Shown here: piece after piece, positions 15,624 to 18,060 of the stretch
Numbering within the stretch: the stretch's first letter is position 1
Layout of the letters: each line of letters opens with the position of its first letter
From: a virus
Lineage: Duplodnaviria; Heunggongvirae; Uroviricota; Caudoviricetes
Strand: one strand, 5' to 3'
Length of the DNA: 18,060 bases
Virus record (IMG/VR): IMGVR_UViG_3300028048_000115
Coordinates: 1-18,060 of that record
Translations under genes and position numbers: made by a program
Notes under the pieces: model-generated
What the model saw: only the letters and a program-made list of their open reading frames with translations
What the model was told of the DNA's origin: nothing
Databases searched by the model: none

Positions 15624-15902
15624 ATGTTTAACGTTGTAGCTAATGATGAGACCCAGGTCGTTTTAAAAGTAACTGTTAAGGATAATCTTCAGATTGCCTT
15701 AAACCCATACATTCAGAGTGATTATGATTATATCACCGTTACAAAGGGACCAAATCACACTCTAACAGTCATCAAAAAGGATGGAACAACATTTTCTTTT
15801 GTTTGGGGAGTAGGTGGATTTACACTTATTTCTGATAATTTAGAACGCTTAAGAAAGGAAGTTGTAAAATTCATTGAGTCACAAAATATTTCTTTAAGAT
15901 AA
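15624..15902 (+). CDS. Hypothetical protein (92 aa)
   Basis: Strong RBS AAGGAAGGA; no motif recognised. Confidence 0.75.
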   Translation: MFNVVANDETQVVLKVTVKDNLQIALNPYIQSDYDYITVTKGPNHTLTVIKKDGTTFSFVWGVGGFTLISDNLERLRKEVVKFIESQNISLR

Positions 15903-15935
15903 GCAATATGTGATCATTTGTTTCACCTAACACAA

Positions 15936-15955
15936 AAGGAGCTGAAAAGCTCCTT
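15936..15955. terminator. Hairpin, probable intrinsic terminator
   Basis: AAGGAGCT-GAAA-AGCTCCTT. The U-tract is better on the minus strand and only TT on plus. Confidence 0.55.
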
Positions 15956-15962
15956 ATAAATA
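15955..15962 (+). promoter_or_regulatory. T4-type late promoter TATAAATA
   Basis: Exact T4 late consensus 27 nt upstream of the ATG at 15990. Confidence 0.55.
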
Positions 15963-15989
15963 TTTTGTGTTAATTAAAAGGTGATCTAA

Positions 15990-16763
15990 ATGATTGAGAA
16001 AAAAATTTATTATTTTTGGTACGGAAGTTCGGAACCTAAGTATGTTCAAAATGACATAGACTCTTGGAAACGTTGTAACCCTGATTTTGAGGTTATTAAA
16101 ATTCCAGAAGAATATATTGATATGAATTTGGAATGGAATAAAAAAGCGTTTAAGAGAAAAAACTGGTCTTATCTTTCGGACCCTGCTAGATTTAATTTTA
16201 TGCGTTCACATAGTGGCATTTATCTTGATACAGATACCTTTATGATAAATCCATTTACACAGGATATGTTGGAATCCTCAATTTTTTTATATTGTGAAAG
16301 CGCCAAATGTATTTGTCCTGGTGCAATTGGTTCTGATGGATCCGACTTTTCAAAACAATTTCTAAATGATTGGTATGCAGTATATGAAAACTGGAATGAA
16401 GGTTCTTTGATTTCAAGTCCAGTTATGTTTAAGCCAATTGGTGAAAAGTATAATCTTAAACCAGTAAAACGTGATTTTGTTGAATATCCTAATAATGTTA
16501 AAATTTATGCTAAGGAATATTTTAGACCATTCTCTTATACCTCATCAGCAATTAATGGCGCTTCAATAAATGAAAAAACTATTGCCGTTGATTTAGGAAT
16601 GGCTAGTGCTATTCCTACAAGTGGTTGGGCAAAAAATCTTAAAACAAAATTTGACACCTTAGAGCAGGAAATTAAAGAAGGTATCAAAAAATATGGTACC
16701 GCAGATAGTTGGAAATACTATTCAAGAGAAGTGACTATTGATCCCTTTTCAAAGGTAATTTAA
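15990..16763 (+). CDS. GT32-family (OCH1/Gly_transf_sug) glycosyltransferase
   Basis: KKIYYFWYG, SWKR-x-NPDFEV, LSDPARF, GIYLDTD (DxD). Confidence 0.88.
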   Translation: MIEKKIYYFWYGSSEPKYVQNDIDSWKRCNPDFEVIKIPEEYIDMNLEWNKKAFKRKNWSYLSDPARFNFMRSHSGIYLDTDTFMINPFTQDMLESSIFLYCESAKCICPGAIGSDGSDFSKQFLNDWYAVYENWNEGSLISSPVMFKPIGEKYNLKPVKRDFVEYPNNVKIYAKEYFRPFSYTSSAINGASINEKTIAVDLGMASAIPTSGWAKNLKTKFDTLEQEIKEGIKKYGTADSWKYYSREVTIDPFSKVI

Positions 16764-16789
16764 ATAAAATTTTATTTAGTATTAAAAAA

Positions 16790-16819
16790 TTGTAGGTTTT
16801 ACAGTAAGGATGCTATGAT
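16790..16819 (+). promoter_or_regulatory. Possible extended -10 promoter
   Basis: TG-C-TATGAT (16811-16819) with TTGTAG 18 nt upstream of the hexamer. Confidence 0.4.
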
Positions 16820-16863
16820 TTTCGGTTATGGCGTTAAAAAATATTTAGAAGTAAGAGGATAAT

Positions 16864-17802
16864 ATGACTTTAGATGAGTACATTGCTATAAACAAAAAGG
16901 ACTTAACAGGTATCGATGAGTTTGTAAAGGATGTGGAATTAGTTCCTGTTTTTGTTCCAACTTATAAAAACAGACCAAAGGCAAATGTTTTGGGATTAGT
17001 GAAAGACCTTAATGCTATTTTGGTTATTGATGAAGACGACATTGAGTCCTATAAAGATGTGGATGCTCAGAAAGTTATTATTCCAAAAACAGATATTGAC
17101 AAGTTTGTCCTTGAAAGACGAATTGTTGAAAAACGCAGATGGATCCTAGAGTACGCAATTAAAAACGGAATTAAAAAATTTTTTACGACAGATGACGACT
17201 TGGCATATTGTAAGATGAACCCAGGTGAGTCATTCAAGGAGCAGAAAGGTGCGTTATTAAAGAAGTTATCTATCACAACAGCATTTAAAATTATGCAGAA
17301 AATTCAGGAAGAAACTAATTGTGCCGTATGTGCGATTAGAGACTCCGAGATGTTGCCTTTACACTGGGACTATAAAAACGCATATAAGCCAGGTATTGCG
17401 ACCCAGACATACATTGTTGATGTGGAGCAATTGGTTGAGAAAAATATCAATTACAGACTTGAAAAACATTCAGCTGAAAACATTATTTTTTCATTAGATT
17501 GTGCAAGGGAAGGTTTAGTTTGCAATATTCCAACATTTATCAAAGCAGAATTTCCTTGCAACAATGACAAAGATACCTTACTTGTTCATTTACCTTGGAT
17601 CCAATTATTGATGAAGGTTGCAGGATTATTTCCAGAGTACGCACGTATTAGACAGCTTAACGGTAAAATTAAAATTTTCTTTGTTCCAGTTGCATCTAAT
17701 AAAGTTGATTTGGAACTTGCTGAAATTTGTAAGACTATGGACGAGGAAAAACTTTCTGCATATCTAAATAAAAGCACTACTATAACGGTTGAGGATTGGT
17801 AA
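16864..17802 (+). CDS. GT-A glycosyltransferase of the beta-glucosyl-HMC-alpha-glucosyltransferase / TET-associated GT (TAGT) type
   Basis: VFVPTYKNR, ILVIDEDD-x-x-SY, IVEKRRWI, FFTTDDDL follow the family pattern IPSY-R...Y...R-x-x-I...DDD. Confidence 0.72.
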   Translation: MTLDEYIAINKKDLTGIDEFVKDVELVPVFVPTYKNRPKANVLGLVKDLNAILVIDEDDIESYKDVDAQKVIIPKTDIDKFVLERRIVEKRRWILEYAIKNGIKKFFTTDDDLAYCKMNPGESFKEQKGALLKKLSITTAFKIMQKIQEETNCAVCAIRDSEMLPLHWDYKNAYKPGIATQTYIVDVEQLVEKNINYRLEKHSAENIIFSLDCAREGLVCNIPTFIKAEFPCNNDKDTLLVHLPWIQLLMKVAGLFPEYARIRQLNGKIKIFFVPVASNKVDLELAEICKTMDEEKLSAYLNKSTTITVEDW

Positions 17803-18060
17803 TGAATTTAGAGGAGTTAATTTTAAATCATAAAGTCAAAGAAGCGTTGGAATTAGTGCATAATGATAAACTACCACCTGTGTTTATTCCAAGTTACAAG
17901 AATAGAAAAGGTACAATTATCCCCAATCTTGGGGATATTCCTGGCGAAGTTCATTTATTCATTTACGAAGATGATCGCCACAATTATCCAGAGTCATTCC
18001 CTGGAAATGTTACCGTTCACGAAATCAGAAAAGAAGAATTTGACTCAATGGGACTTGAAT
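17802..18060 (+). CDS. Second glycosyltransferase of the same type (3' truncated by window edge), not in the ORF track
   Basis: TAATG-coupled ATG; MNLEELILNH...PVFIPSYKNR...HLFIYEDD-x-x-NY, paralogous to the preceding gene. Confidence 0.72.
   Translation, partial: MNLEELILNHKVKEALELVHNDKLPPVFIPSYKNRKGTIIPNLGDIPGEVHLFIYEDDRHNYPESFPGNVTVHEIRKEEFDSMGLE

Noticed and set aside
15909-15927. Third CRP-like site TGTGA...TCACC
   Set aside because: Spacer is 9 nt rather than 6.
16761-16778. Perfect 18-bp palindrome TAAATAAAATTTTATTTA
   Set aside because: A/T only in an AT-rich genome and a weak stem; no function can be supported.
5347-17777. Other short overlapping ORFs (5347..5535, 5523..5717, 7013..7258, 8670..8870, 10343..10543, 12941..13165, 13143..13337, 13620..13931, 14942..15178, 17067..17276, 17586..17777)
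   Set aside because: All lie within or antisense to well-supported genes and lack motifs or clear RBSs.
1-18060. tRNA or rRNA genes; assignment to a specific host or phage genus
   Set aside because: No cloverleaf or rRNA-like segment in the intergenic regions. Gene content resembles several T4-related groups, but host and genus cannot be fixed without searches.

Overview
AT-rich segment of a large T4-like (myovirus) phage genome, standard genetic code. Contents in order: the 3' end of an IS200/IS605 tnpB element; a putative nucleotide-sugar trio (TIM-barrel isomerase, FAD oxidoreductase, NAD epimerase); a gp15-like tail completion gene; a three-subunit type II topoisomerase (gp39, gp60, gp52 equivalents) with a frameshifted GIY-YIG homing endonuclease, RtcB and one unknown gene inserted; dNMP kinase; DHFR; a tandem promoter/stem-loop repeat array; a gp41-like helicase; DNA methyltransferases; and three glycosyltransferases. 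Main finding: the gp60-like gene (6269..6814), absent from the ORF track, is interrupted inside the TOPRIM motif D-x-D-G by a 42-nt gap with two in-frame stops. The gap has the known hallmarks of T4 gene 60 programmed ribosomal bypassing: matched take-off and landing codons (GAC here, GGA in T4), a stop directly after take-off, a hairpin over take-off and stop, an SD-like AAGGA 6 nt before landing, and a T4-like nascent peptide (YKNNPNIRR). It appears to be a separate bypass element associated with a different endonuclease family. All family assignments come from motif recognition by eye; no database searches were run. Comparisons with T4 sequences are from memory and need alignment.
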